The position numbers were made by a program, and so were the translations under genes. A model generated the notes under the pieces. It was given only the letters and a program-made list of their open reading frames with translations, was not told the DNA's origin and ran no database searches. From assembly GCF_009834535.1 (NCBI RefSeq), contig NC_045698.1, positions 15,130,001 through 15,194,000 on the forward strand: a DNA stretch of 64,000 nucleotides, written 5' to 3'. This document shows positions 13,645-27,942 of this stretch, piece by piece (the stretch's first letter is position 1; each line of letters opens with the position of its first letter). This DNA is from Camelus ferus (lineage: Eukaryota).

Positions 13645-14251
13645 TGTGGTCAGTAGGTTCTAAGATGACCCCTTATGATCTCTGCATCCTGTGAGTCATG
13701 CTCTTATGTAATCCCCTCCATCTGAGCATGGGTGAGACCTCTGACTTGCTTGTAGCCAAGAGAATATGTCAAATGTGATTGAGATGCCACTCCATGTCTA
13801 CGTTATATTGTAAACATGATAACTTGTTTAATAGACTTAGTCTATTGCCTACTAGCCTTGCATTCTTTGATGAAGCAAGAAACTAAGTTGGGAAGACCCA
13901 CTGGCAAGAAACTGAGAGCAACATCTTCCCAACAGTTTCCTAGGGATGAAGGGTGGCCTTCAGCTGACAGTCCCCAAGGAGCTGAAGCCCTCAAGCCAAC
14001 AACTCACAAAAAAAACTGAATTTGACCAACAACTACACGAGCTTGAAAGCAGATTCTTTCCCAGTTGAGCTTCAAATGAGAACATAACCCTAACCAAAAT
14101 CTTTATTGCAACCTTATGAGAGACCTTGAATAAGTGGACCAGATAAGCTGGGTTTGGACTCCTGACCGACAGAAACTGTGAGATAATATATGTGTGCTGT
14201 TTTAGCTGCTAAGTTTTCTGAAATGTATTATGCAGCAATAGATAACTAATA
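13645..14251 (+). mobile_element. MaLR LTR (MLT1E-like)
   Basis: tgtggtcagtaggttctaagatgacccc...ttcccagttgagcttcaaatgagaac...gactcctgaccgacagaaactgtgagataat...gcagcaatagataactaatata. Confidence 0.9.
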
Positions 14252-16064
14252 TAGTTAACAGAATTTCTTTCCTTAACTGTGGCCAGTTTCACCTACGTCC
14301 CTGAATTTGTGTCTTTCATATTCATGTGAACTTCCCTGATCCTGTTAATCACTTTCAGCCCTAGCTCTTTTAGAATTACAAATGTATAAGTCTTTTAGAC
14401 AGAAAGAAATCTTAATCTGAAATTTTCTGCATTCTAAGCATATAATTCTTGCAAAAACGCATCCCTCTTCAATGTTTAATGAGTAGTGTCTTCAAATTTT
14501 ACAAAACGTGAAAATAAAAGAGGCAATACTGACATTTCAGACATTTTCTTGTTGTTGGAGGCTGTAACATATAGTTTATACATATACACCTACACAAATG
14601 TTTTTTGTATATATATTTTACACATACACACACGTTACATATACACATACAAATATATGTGTGTGTTTATATACAATTCTACCTTTATAAATTATCTATT
14701 TATGATAAATACATGCTAAAAATGTATTAAAATATCAACCATAGCCATGACTATTTTTTAATTTTTTAACATTGTAAATGCCAATACAAGTCAGTATTAG
14801 TGGACATTTTATCATCCTTGCTCCTAAAGAAAATTATGTTTCTATTTTAAGTGTGACACATATGGTAGTAACCTTTGTGTGACAATCTTGCTCACATTCA
14901 GCATTTGCGACACCAGATTGCCCCTTTCTCTGGAATTTGAGATGATGTGAATAGTAATTTTGAATTAAATAAAAGGCAGCAGGCTGTCAATTCTGGGTAG
15001 CTTTTTAATTCACCTGTTTGGAAGTCCAGATGTCAATGCCATAATGTTTAATGTCTTTTTGTGGACTGGGATGGAATAATTCTTTTTTTCTTTTCCCTTC
15101 TCTCCTTTTCAAATTTTAATAACTCTAGGGAAACTCAGAGGCAGTAATTCATGAGTTTCATGGAGAGTTTCAGCAGAGAGCTCTGTCATTTTTCAAGCTT
15201 TTAAAATACTGTTTTTTTTTACTAAAGACTACATAGCTCTGTTTATGACTTGGTCCTTCTTTCATTCAAAATATCAGAAGGAAGTAATGCTTAATTTTAA
15301 ATGTATGTGTGTTTATGTATATGTAAATATATGTATGTGTGTATGTGTATTTTTCCACAAAGAATTTATCAGAGGACATTGTGGAACATTTAGTGTAACA
15401 AAATATCATGTAAATATCTACCTTCAGATTTATGGGTGTGAAAATTTAAGTAAATTGGAAGAGTTCTTTGGTGAGATATTGAAAGAATATGCAGTAGATT
15501 CTCAACCTGAAACATCCAAATGTAATTTTTGGGGAAGCTTTAGGAATCTCAAAATAAACCAACTTGTACACAGTATTAACAACCAGAAGACAAATAAATA
15601 TAATATGTGTTTCCACAAAGCTTTGGATAGGAAAGATTTCCCATATTTTTAGATTTTCTAACAAAGCTTGAAAACTAATACATTGAGTATGCATATATTC
15701 TCCAGCTAGATTTAAAAATTTTAATAATTTTCTGTGAATACTTAATCTTTTTAATTTCCCTATACATCATCTGATTTGCTATACCATCTGAAAACAGTTT
15801 GCCAAAATATATATCAGCATATCTTAAGAAAAAATAATCCTCCACATAATTTATGAACCCCATAGGACACTTATACAAATAAAAAAATCCATAATACAAT
15901 TGAATAGCCAGATAATGTTTAAATCCACATCCCTATATCCACAACATTTTCTTAAGCTATTTTATTTTTCTCCACATTAAGATCTAGTTGAGATTGACAC
16001 ATTACATTCAGTGACTGTGTCACTTTAGGATCAGGGCTTCTAATGAACCAACTGAGAAATGTCA

Positions 16065-16475
16065 ACTGTCAAATCCTCAAATAACAATCAAAAAACCCAC
16101 CTGTTGGGAAAAAAAGATCATTTAGGTTTATTGAAGTAATAACCCATCCTGATAGATTTTGGTATTGCTTCAAAATGGGAAAATTAAGGAGGAATATTTA
16201 TGAGTTTTTAGGGCTTCACTGAAAACCAAAGAACAAGCTGGGAGTTGGCAGTTTATAGCGTGAATGCTTTGGACTGGTTTGGCCCAATGAGAGGAGGTCC
16301 TGAAGTGACCCTGAATAAATTGCTAGTCCTGAAAGGTAAGCTAATTAGTTCATAATCTTAACTTCCAAGAGCTAGTATTTCCTTGAGCAAAAAGCTAAGT
16401 TGCTGCTGCTTCCTTTTCTCTTTTAACTGCCTGGACCCAGAACTGTTTTACACAAACATAGGTTTCAATTCTTAG
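16065..16475 (-). mobile_element. Probable old ERV LTR
   Basis: Starts tgtcaa, with reversed poly(A) signal tttattga and LTR-like composition; family not recognised. Confidence 0.35.
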
Positions 16476-18129
16476 AAACTATTGAAATCCAGAAGATAAT
16501 GAATCTGCTATATAGATTCAAAAAGTTCTTGGTAGGAAAGGTTTTCCCCTAATTTTTAAATTACATATGTTTTTCAAACATACAAAAATATAGAATGATA
16601 CAATTGTCATTCATTATAACAGATTCAGAAATGTTTAAATATTGTTTTATTTATACCTTTTGTTTATCTATCTCAGCATAGTCTAAGAAAAATTCCATCT
16701 CTTTGTATCATCAAGCTAACATCACACCTAAGAAAATTAACATAATCCATAATCTCATCCATCAGTTGCTGTAAATTAAAATTTTCTCAGTAGTCTGAAA
16801 ATAAATCTTAAACTTTGTTACTTTTCTCTTGAACAAAGACCTGATTTTAGTTCTTGCATTATACCAGGTTGTCTCGCTTTAGATTCTTTTATTCTAGAAC
16901 AACCTCTCAGTGTACATGCTGTAATAAAGTGTTGGAATCACTGGGGGGCTGCTGATATTTACATAAAATTCTATGTGAGTAAATACAAATTTTTTCCAAT
17001 GTTGTTTTTAGAATATGTGTTAAAATGCATTTCTGAATGTAGCATTAGTATGACACACTGAATGGTTATTTGAGATTGCCTAAACCAGAAAATTAATTAA
17101 ATTGATTAAAAATTGGATTAAGATTATTAATACAGATTTTACACTGCAGTTTGTCTGTTTTAGGATCACGCTTTACTGAATTTAGTCTAACAATGAACAT
17201 TTTCTTTAATGAGATTGTATTTCATATCCTGGGTATCTGTAAAACCAACTAAGCTCTACCTGGCATACAGTTAATTTCTTAAGGAAACAACGCCCATCAG
17301 AAGTTTTCTAAATTATGGTTGGAATGAGTAAAAGAGCTTACAAAGCCATCTCTGCAATTTCCAAGCATATTTTTAAGATTACATCTATACCATCTGGTAC
17401 GTATTTATTCAATGCCTGACCTAGAAGGGGCACTTTTAAGGCACTAGGGACAGAGCAGATGACCTCTAGTTGGTTTGGTTTGAGAAAGGCTTCATTTGCT
17501 CTTGCAGGGATGCAGTTTTCTTGTTTGCTTGTTGATTTTCCCTTGTCCCTGCTCCAATAGATCTTCACACATATACTTCCTGAGAATACAGAGCTTACAA
17601 GCATTCACCCGACAGCTTAAAGCTTTTTGTTTGTTTGCTTTTGGTTTTTCTCAGTAGAGGAAGATCCCTGAGCAGGGCTCTCTGTCTATACTCTTCCCAT
17701 GCCTGGACCACTGATGGTGCTTCTCTTTTCTCCAAATCTTTATCAAGACCGGGGAAATTCTACTGAGATGAGCTTGAAAGTGGATGCAGACTATTTTGTG
17801 CCTGTACTCCCCAGAACATAAATGTCACCACCACCACTGCCCACTCAGCCCTCAGCAATTCCTTAGAAAACCTCATCTGAACTCTCCTTACCTGGTTCCA
17901 TGGTCAGCTGTCTTCCTCCCGTCCTCTGACCCGGATGAGTCAGTGCTCACATCCTGTATCTCCCTGAAGTAGCTTTTATCATTAGCTTTCAGGCCAGTTA
18001 GTAGCTTTGGGAATTCAGCTCTCTTCTAGGTTTGAAAAAATTTATAATTTTACAGACTGGCCACTTTTTAGTTTTTGCTGGTGTGGAATCTACATTCTTT
18101 TCAGATTTTTATGTTTTAGGCAATAGCTG

Positions 18130-19330
18130 AAAGTTCATGATGTTTAGTTGTGTTGTTTGCCTTCTTACTGAGTTATGAGCTGGCTCGTTTACTGTATCCT
18201 GGATGCAAATCCTTTGTAAGGCATGTAGATTTTAAATATTACCCAATTTAGCGTCTTGCTTTGTCATTTATTATTTTTTCTAAAGTGTGTCCTCTAAAAA
18301 GTGGGAGATTTAAATTTCAAGGAACTGAACTTAAATTTATTCTTTTATAGTGTATTTTTTACATCCTATCTAAGAAATCTTTGCTTAACATCAAAGTAAC
18401 AAAGACTGCATCCTATTACTTTTAGATTCTTGGTAACTTTAACTTTAATGTTTAAGTCTATTTCAATACTTTTATTTATTGTGTGAGATAAGCATGAGAA
18501 TTTTATATACAAATATATAAATATAAATACATATATCCAATTGTCTCAGCACCATTTGTTAAAGTGACCTTCATTCCCCATTAAATTCCTTTGATAAATC
18601 AATTTGCCATTCTATTAGTTTCCTGGGGCTATAGAAACAAAGTATCCCAAACTAGGCAGCTTAAACAACAGACATTTCTTAGTTCTGGAGGAAAGAAGTC
18701 TGAAATCAAGGTCAGCAGCAGCACAGCTGACACTTTCTGAGTGCTGTGAGCGAGACTCTGTTCCGTGTCTCTGCTGGCTTCTGGTGGCCACAGCCATTCT
18801 CCCTGCAGTGTATTTCTATGTCTGTGTCTATGTTTTCTCTTTTTATAAAAGCACAATCATATTGGATTAGGACCCATCCTAATGACCTCATCCTAACTTG
18901 AATATTTGAAAAGACCCTATTTCCAAATAAGATCGCATCCCCAGGTACTCGGGTTAAGACTTCAGCATCTTTTGGAAGGACACAGCTCAGTCCGTAGCAC
19001 TATATATGCGCTGGTTTATTTTTGGTCTCCCTATTCAGTTTTGTTTGTCTATATATTTATCCTTGCACCAAAAGTATAATGTCTTCACTCCTGTAACTTC
19101 TCAATAAGTACTGGTATTAGGTGTACATTTTAGAATCATATTATCAAAATTTTCACACACATACACACACAACCCTGCTGGATTTTCATTCTGATGACAT
19201 TTAGTATATAGATAAATTCAGACAGAATTGATAACAAATCTTCCAGTCTGTGGGCATGCTGTATCTCCTCATCTATTTATTTATTTTTATAAAATGCCTC
19301 TCAAAATGTTTTGCAGTTTCCAATGTACAA
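18130..19330 (-). mobile_element. Old L1M ORF2 3' fragment interrupted by an MLT1
   Basis: cctggatgcaaatcctttg, ctaagaaatctttgc, atatccaattgtctcagcaccatttgtt, ctgctggattttcatt...tatagataaattc...gaattgata. Confidence 0.75.
18611..18999 (-). mobile_element. MaLR LTR (MLT1A/B-like)
   Basis: tattagtttcctggggct...gcttaaacaacagac...gtctgaaatcaagg...attggattaggaccc...aagaccctatttccaaataag. Confidence 0.9.
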
Positions 19331-19339
19331 GCTGCCCTG

Positions 19340-19725
19340 GTTTCAACATACACCCAAGTTATTTGGTATTCCTTCCTTCCAAAGGTGGAAACTAATTCTC
19401 TTCCCCTTGATTGTTTGATGGACTTTGAGACTTATGTAAATGAAGAGAATGAGGCTAAAGGGATATAAAGTGCCTTCTGATTTGAAGTCAGAAAAAGAAT
19501 AGCTCCATGTGCCTTTCAATTTCTCGGACCACTTACTCTAGAGGAACCAATCTACGATGCTACCTGCTCCCATGTCATGGAGAAGCTCTGAGTGGAGGAA
19601 CTAAGGCTTCCTGATGACACCTCCCACCAGTTAATCATGTAACTCATGAATAAGCAAAGGATTACTGCACTTTATAGTTACTAAGTTTTAAAGGGCTTGT
19701 CATACAGAGTAGACATCTAAGACAT
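19340..19725 (+). mobile_element. MaLR LTR fragment (MLT1F/G-like)
   Basis: ggtggaaactaattctcttccccttga...gaggaactaaggcttcctg...ctaagtttt...gtagacatctaagaca. Confidence 0.55.
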
Positions 19726-20034
19726 AGGTCTTAGACAGAGTTTGTTAAGCATGTGCCTAAATTTTCATATTCAATGCTAATGAAAATGAGATTTTTGTAT
19801 TTCAGTTTTAATTGTTCATATTTTGTTAAGTAGCATTAAATAAGAAGAATATTTTTGGTAGATATAGTTTCTTTGTCTTAATAGAGCACACACAGAATTT
19901 ATTTTAATGTGACAGAAAATTCAACACAGATATTAGTCCACAGTGCATAAAATAATTACATTTATACAGTGAAAAGTTATTTTATTTTTTGAAATTACAG
20001 TAGAATTTTCACAACAAAAATATAGCCTAGTGTG

Positions 20035-20255
20035 TATTAGTAGAGTTTACTGTGTGCTCCATACTTATGTTACCTCATTCATTTCTCACAAATATCCCAT
20101 TCTTCAAACATCTGTGAAATAGGGAATATTGTGTCATTTTACTGATAAGGAAACTAAAGCACAGAAAGTCTATGACATTTCCCCAAGTCACAGGGCTGGT
20201 AATTGTAGAGACAAGATTTACATACAGAGTTAGCTAAATCCAGAATCCACATTTT
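20035..20255 (-). mobile_element. MIR SINE
   Basis: cattttactgataaggaaactaaagcacaga...ccccaagtcacag...tagagacaagattt core. Confidence 0.8.
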
Positions 20256-20271
20256 TATCTAGTGAATTATA

Positions 20272-21280
20272 TAAACAACCTAACTAAAAAATGGACAAAA
20301 GTTCAAAATAGACACCTGGCCAAAGAAGATACGCAGATGGAAAATAAACATATGAAAATATACTGAACATAATATGTCATTAGGGAGTTACAAATTAAAA
20401 CAACACTGAACTACCACTACACATGTATTAGAATTGATAAAATTAAAAAATATATATATAATACTAAATGCTAGTGAAGATGCCGAGCAATAGGAAGTCT
20501 CAGTCATAGCTAATGCAGATACCAAGCGATACAGCCACTTAGGAAGACAGTTCAGACATTTCTTATGAAGCTCAAGATGGTCTCATTGTATAATCCAAAT
20601 ATTGTACTCGTGCATATTTACTCAAATAGACTGAAAACTTACGTCCTTACAAAAATCTACACATGAAAGTCTATAGCATCTTTATTCACAATTGCCAAAA
20701 ACTGGAGATAGACAAGAAGTCTTTCAATAGGTAAATGGTTAAACTGTAGTATATACAGACAATAAAATCTTATTCAGCAAGAAAAAGAAATTTGATATTA
20801 AGCCACAAAAAGACATGGAGGAATGCTAGATGCATATTGCAAAGAAATCCAGTCTACAAATGTTAGAAACAGTGTGATTCCAAATGTATGACATTCTTCA
20901 AAAGACAAACATTTAGAGACTAAAAAGGATCGGTGTTTGTTAGAGCTTCAGAGGAGATAGGGAAAGGGATGAATCGATAAAGCCCAGAGATTTTTAGGGC
21001 TGCAAATCAATTCTATACAAAACTGTGATGGTGAGACATGATATGCTTTGTCAAAACCCATAGAGCTGCATGACACAGAGCAAATCCTCATGTAAACTGT
21101 GAACTTTATTTAATTATAATGTATCAATATTGGTTCATCAATTATAACAAATGTACCATATTAATACAAGATATTTGTAATACCTTAACTGTGTTTAGTG
21201 GGGCAGTGAAGAGGGGGATATATGGGAACTCTGTATGATCTATTGAATTTTTCTGTAAACTTAAAAAATAAAGTCTGTTC
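20272..21280 (+). mobile_element. L1MC-type ORF2 end plus 3'UTR
   Basis: aaaaaatggacaaaag...caaagaagatacgcagatggaaaataaacatatgaaa...aaagacatggaggaa...tgtcaaaacccatagag...atatgggaactctgta...aaaaaataaagtct. Confidence 0.9.
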
Positions 21281-22379
21281 AGTAATTTTGTAAAAATGAA
21301 AATCACCAGTCTATGTGAATACATCATTGAGCTCCTCCCATGGCTCTGAAAGGGGCAGTGCTCTGAAGTGACATACATGAAAAACATTTTCTTCCAACTT
21401 CTCTGACTAAATCCTGATGCATTCATGGCAATTCCAAGAGAGTAGTGCCATATGTTATGTGCTTCTGTTTCATCACTGGTAGCTGGCAATGACTCAGACA
21501 GTATATGCCAAAAAGATGATTGGAGGAAGAAGTGACTGATTGAAAGAATGACAAAACAAATCAAATATTTGATCAGTTTACTTGTTCTTCCTTCATGGCA
21601 ATCATAATCTTGTCTTCTTTCCATATACTCAATGCCACCATCGTACCTAACGTTCTATTCTCAGCCTTATTGCTCCCTCAGTAATCCACCTTACCCATTC
21701 TTCTTGTCTGAGCTGTTTAGTGTCTCATTCCTCAATCTCACCTCACATATCAGCTTCATTACAACTGCTCCCTGTCTAGTGCTCCCTTAGAACGTTGCCA
21801 TTGATCCCAGTTCTACTGACTCTTTTTAGTGATATATTGTAATTATTTCAGTATCTCTTTCTTCTGCAGAAACATGAGCTAATCAAGACCAATACAGTGT
21901 TTTACTTATTTATTACAGTTTACCTAACTCTTGCAATAATGCCTGATAGAGTTATAAATTAATTATTGGTACCATGAATAAACTAATGAATGTTGCTGCC
22001 TTTGCATAAATCATGTCATAGAAAATCTCTGCCTGCCCATTTTAATAAATGCAGTCAATTGCAGAAAAGCCTAAGGCAGTAGGCAGGATTTGTAGGGAAG
22101 TAAACAAGACATAATTGCCAGAAGGCAAAATCATGTAATTGAATGTGCATAGGCTTTATATTAAAAAGTATTTCACTTTTGTCGTATAATTATGTACTTT
22201 ATGACCTTGGGAAGTGAAAGTAATCACTGTCCATTTTCCCTCTGAAGAATAATGTATATATTGTTTGGTTCTTAGGAGAGTAAGTGAGGTAACCAGATGT
22301 AAAAGACTCCAATGATGCCTGGCATGTAGGAAGCATTCAAAAGGCATTATGTCTGGTCTCCTTAACTTTTATGGAAAGA

Positions 22380-22585
22380 CTTGGAAACCTTGGGTCTGAT
22401 CTCAGCTCTGCCATTGACAAGTGGTTGAGCTCAAGTGGGTCATGTAAAATCTTGGATTCTTAGTTTTGATCATCTACAAAAAAATCATAACAGCATCATA
22501 TAGATGTTGTGGACATTCAACTCAATAGTGTATGTAAAGTGCTTAGCTGAGTGTCTATTACATATAGTAGCTCAGCAGAGAATTA
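22380..22585 (+). mobile_element. MIR SINE
   Basis: ctcagctctgccatt...tagttttgatcatctacaaa...tatgtaaagtgcttagc...catatagtagctca. Confidence 0.75.
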
Positions 22586-24301
22586 ACCAGTTTAATGTAA
22601 AATCTGTTAATTAAAGCCTCATTAGGCTGCGGTCCCAAAGTGGGAGGACAGTTGAGTTGGTACTGAGAATCCCAGAGGCTTAAAGCCTGGTGCTAAACCA
22701 GCTTATCAATATGCATTGGTCTTTGTGGAGTTGGTCTGGCCAGCATTAGTCTGTCACCTCCATGAACCAAATTAGACTTGGGGTTAAAGACGCTAAGAAG
22801 AGGATTTTTGTGGCAGAGATTTTCAGTGTGTTTGCATTACTCTCCAGTCCTTAGAGGTGAGCAAAACAGGAGTGGATCCCTAATATTGCAGTTTAAGTCA
22901 GGGGTGAGGTGCCCAAAAAGACTATCTGGGGAGGCTGACGTGGGTGCTCTGGAGATTAGTGGATGCAGGGAAGCCATGCCTGATGCTAATCTGATAAATC
23001 TAAGCATAAAGGGGGCAAAGTAAAGCCTAAGCTTCATTAGCAGTGTGCTGTGCTTCCACTGATGGGTGGACAAAGCTTTGTGCCTTGGAAACCAAGTGTA
23101 TACTGAGAGAAAAGAGAGAGATGGGGAGTGAGAGATGAACTTAGTATCGGGATGTGACCCAGCTGTCAGAGGGGGCTGCAAGAACCATGAGGACTAAGGA
23201 GGAAAGACCTCAGGGGCTAGCCTGAAGCATCACTAGAACCAACAGAACTGTGTCGAAGGATATCCTTGCGTGCATTTTCAAGGAACCTGTTCAAGTGCCA
23301 GAACTGGCTGTCCCAATTACTAGAAAACAAGTCACATTAGATTGTACCCACTTCTATACATCCTGCTCCCTCCCACAAGCTTACAAAACTGGGTCAGACC
23401 TAAGTTGGACAGAGTTTTAAATATTCAATATTTACAAGGAATGAATTGGATTTCTTGTTCCAGACTAGTATTAACTTGTTCAAAACCAAAACAAATGGAA
23501 CATTTATGTAATCATTGCAAATAACTGATAAAGTTAAGGTCCCTGTTTTCTGTTTCATCCAAAAGTGTAAAATGAACAAATTGGGAAGGAAGCAATAATA
23601 AAAATCAGTTATTAAATTTGCTTCCTATAAAACCCAGTTCATTCAATGGACGAATTATTTGTGTTAGTGACATGTCATAGTTATTATAAGAGATATGTAC
23701 AACAATAGTGCTTCTTTGGGTTTTAATCCTATAAAGACAGTACTTAAATCAGTAAATATGCTTAATTCTGAATGTCTCAGCATACTTTGCCGTACTTTTC
23801 CTGTGGAAATTATCAGTGCTTTACTACAGTTGGGTGAATTGTGCAAAACTATTGGAATCACAAACCCTCTGGCAATGGAGTTGGATTCAATCAACCCTTG
23901 ACTGGCTACGTCTGCCACCAAAAAAAAGGGGTTATTACAAAGAAATTGTGATTGTATAATCCTATTTTGGTGTAATTAAAAAGAAAAGGTGAACGAGATC
24001 TAGATATGAGAAGATGGTAGAGGGGAGAATATAAGTTTAGGTGGTTTGACAAAAATTCAGACCTTAGGTGACATAAAATCTAAATGGTTTTACTGTTTTA
24101 AGAACCTCAATCCCCTTTGCATCTTGCTTTCTTTGGTGTCCTGACATAACTCTAGCTTTCTCAAAGGTTTGTGTGTTCATTGACAGGTATTCATCTGTGT
24201 GTATATATTTATACACACACATATACTTATTTATTCATTTACATATTTATATTTAAATATATTTTTCCTTTCTAGTACTTGTTCGTGGTGGTGGATAGTG
24301 G

Positions 24302-24345
24302 AATGTGTGTGTGTATATGTCTGTGTGTGTGTGTGTTTGTGTGTT
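24302..24345. repeat. Imperfect (TG)n microsatellite
   Basis: Direct reading. Confidence 0.85.
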
Positions 24346-27300
24346 TGAGCTTGGACTTTTTTTCCTGGTATTATAGAGGGAAGTAGCCATTTCATTAAGA
24401 GTCTCTGACATGTAGATATTGTTTGAGGTCTTCTCATAGCATAAGTTTAATCAAACAGCATCTGGTACCGGTGGTTATTTAGCAAAGTTCATCTGCTCCA
24501 TAGGAAAAGAGAACATGAGTCTTACAGCTATCCCCAGTCCTTTTGTTTGCTTTTACAGTCCGAACCACTGTTGAGACACGTCACAAGAAAAGAATGATCA
24601 TTGCCTATAATTAGACATTTAATATAGTGACTCACGAGAAGTTTTTGGACATTCAAAGCATCGATGAGTCAATTATATTTCTAATCTTTATAACTTTACT
24701 AAACAGTGCTGCTGAGAGTCATTACTCTTGATTAATAGCAAAGCATAATAATTAGAAGAAAAAGTCTATGTTTCTCTTTGCTTTCTGACTGCAGGCACAT
24801 ATGCCAATATTCAGTGGGACATCTGGGACATGCGGGCTGCATTTTTACAGCTGCTCCAGACAGAAAATCTTCCCAATATCTATATATTCAATATAGCTAG
24901 GCAACAAAAATGGCAATTTACAGTTGGCAGCCCTCTGAACTTCCCTTCTCTCCTTGTGCCTTAATGAAATGATATATCTTAGCTGGACTTTCCAACACTA
25001 GGAGTTTCAGTTCCCGCAAGTAAGCCATTCAGTCTGAAATTGCTTTTATTTTGATTTCAAGTTTCACATTTTCTGTATCCAGAATTTTGCCAAAATAAAC
25101 TTTGAAAAATTGTGACTCTCCACCGTATTTTCTCCATCCCCCAAACTGATGACATTTAGTTTACAATGCATCGTCCAATTCTCATTTGTATTGAAATGCT
25201 CTACTACTGACTTTGTAACAGCAAATGAGGCTTGCAGAAACTCCATCCAGAGAGTCATGTTCTTCTATAAATGTGATAATTGCCCCCATTTGAGTACTGA
25301 TTCATTTGGCCTTCATATGGGTAATTAAGAACCACAGAACTGTGATAATCACCTAACCACATGGTATTCTGAACATTTGCAACATCCTATTTAAAGCATA
25401 GCAATTAAATTAAATACATCCTGCAAAAGATTTTTTTTTTAAATGAAAGGTGGTTATTATTTCTTTAAAATTTACACTTGAAGGTTGAAGCCAGTTTCTA
25501 TATCATTCCTTGGTCAAGCATTACAGTCATAATGTATTATCGTGTTAATTAATAACTTAGCTATGTCTCATTGTACCATAATGTGTGTGAGAATTTTTTC
25601 TAGTTTCTTATGTACAAAATACAGAATGTAGATCTTTATTTTGATACAATGCAAATAAGCTTTTATTTTATATTAGGTGCTCATTTTACATGACTGAAAA
25701 AATAAGAGAAATACTTTGTTCATAAAAGATAGTATGATCAAATAGTTCAAATGTTGTAGATACCATTACTTTTCTAAGAGATTCTATTTGATTAATTGGT
25801 TAAATTGATTGTGATTATGTTTCAGTTTTCATTTATGTTAGTATAAGTCAACATAACCTAACGTTGAACTATATGAATGTTTTGCATTTGCATGAAACTT
25901 AATATTTGTGGACTTCAGCATCTCACTCTATCCATAAATTAATAATATGACATTTATGCCAATAACTTAAATCTCCATTATAAGAAGGCAAATGAGTAGG
26001 GGAGATGAGGAGGAGGAAAAGATGGTTTGATAAGCATGATTTAATCTCTTAACTTCCTTGTCAAAATATCTCTGATTTTTCCCCCCTTTTCAGATGTACA
26101 AAGAGCAACAATGAGCCCAGGAATGATGGTTTCCTCCAGCAGCGCCGGGGGATAAACCCTGATGGTTTTCAGAGTTTAATTCCACCTCTGCCCTTTATCT
26201 GTGTTTATCTTAGGGTTGGGAAGATGACCAAATTCTAACCACGGAGCACTCAGAAGACATCTGGTGTGAGGCTTCTGGGAAAGATTATACTAACATATTT
26301 AAGTAAAAGTACAGAAACCTAAAAGACCACTTAATTACTTAGGGGTAATGGATACTGTCATGTGAAAGCTTGGAACAGTGGCAGGTCTCTTGGAACAGTG
26401 TTAACCCAAGAGAGGCCACCCAAGAGACTCAAAGGAATTTAAATTCTTCCATTGCTCAACTATTGAATTAAATACTCCTCCTTGAATTAACCACCTTCCT
26501 CCAGAACTTTTATTTAGTGAGATAATCAACAACTTAATGACAAACACATTTTAGGTGAATGTTCTCTTTCTTGTAGACAAGAGTGATAAAAAAAAAAGTC
26601 AAAAATATCACAGCAAAATTGGACATAGCCTGGCTTATGGAGAATTTTCTCTAATTATGCCCCTAAGCCCCTCTCTGCTCCTGAAAAGGGGCAGCATCTT
26701 CTCTGATTGATATATTTAGGGGGAAAATAGCTGTAAATGATCAACTGAGCTTTATTTTTATTTTCAAGGCAAGAAATAGTTTCTCCCCAATATCCAATCC
26801 CCCACCCAAGTTTAGATGTGAAAAGAGATTTTCCTCATTATCTGAGGTCTTCAGACTGATTTTTTTTCTCTTTCCTCCCTATCATCATCTCTACAGATCA
26901 CAAAGCCTTGTCTCTTATCTGTAGAATGTTCTTTGAGGATTTCTTTCTCCTTTGCCACTTCAACTGGCTTTATCATGTAAACAACAAACTCCTAAATCCA
27001 TAGGAATAAATAGATGAGAACTTGGATTTAGATTCAGAAGAAGTGGCTGCCAATCTTTATTGTACTAGTTGTGTGACTTTTATGTCTAAGCACATGGTTT
27101 CCCTGCTTTAGATACCTCATCCCTCTCTCCTAATTCTATCCTGCATTTTGCTCCAACAGTATTGGCGTTGAATATTTCAATATTACCTGCTACACATAAA
27201 TGGAATTCTGTTTTAATAAAATTTAAGATTCTTAAGGATATGGTTCACATTTTACTTGACTTTGTTTTCCTAGCATCAATTGCAATATTTAACCCATAAG

Positions 27301-27516
27301 TGTTCAATAAATAGTTCCTGAATTAATACGTGAAATTCTAATCATTATTAGTGCCATATGCCTATTAATAAAAAATAATATTGGTATCTTTTCTACTTAC
27401 TATTATCACTACATTCCCAATTATATAATTCAAGTGCGAAATAAACGACAAGGAAAAAATTAGACATTATAAGTGGGAACATCATTTCTAATATGAGGAA
27501 GAAAGGAATTATAATA

Positions 27517-27942
27517 TAGATTCTCCTCAACTTACTACACAGTTACGTCCTGATAAATCCAATGTAAGTTGAAAATATTGGTAAGTAGAAATGCATTTAA
27601 TACACCTAACCTACCAAATATCATAGCTTATCCTAGACAAACTTAAATGTAGGATGTATTAAGTGCTGAAACTAGATAGTGAGAACCAAAATAGTTGAAT
27701 GGATACAGAATGGTTGTAAGTGTATCAAGATTATTGGCTGTTTACCGTCAAGACGGCATGGCTGCTGCTCACTGCCACTGCCCAGCACCGCCAGAGAGTA
27801 CTGTATACCATGTGTTACTAGCCCAGGAAAAGATCAAAATTCAAAAGTTAAAGTATAGCTTCTACTGAATGTGTGTTGCTTTCACACCATCGTAAAGTTG
27901 CAAAATCGTTAAGTCAAACGATCGTTAGTCAGGGACCATCTA
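27517..27942. mobile_element. MER47/Tigger5-like DNA transposon MITE
   Basis: TA-flanked ends tagattctcctcaacttac ... gttagtcagggaccatcta; internal gcatttaatacacctaacctacc and ggaaaagatcaaaattcaaaa. Confidence 0.85.

Noticed and set aside
21142..21624. 160-aa minus-strand ORF
   Set aside because: Runs into an L1MC 3'UTR, and its composition is typical of translated non-coding DNA.
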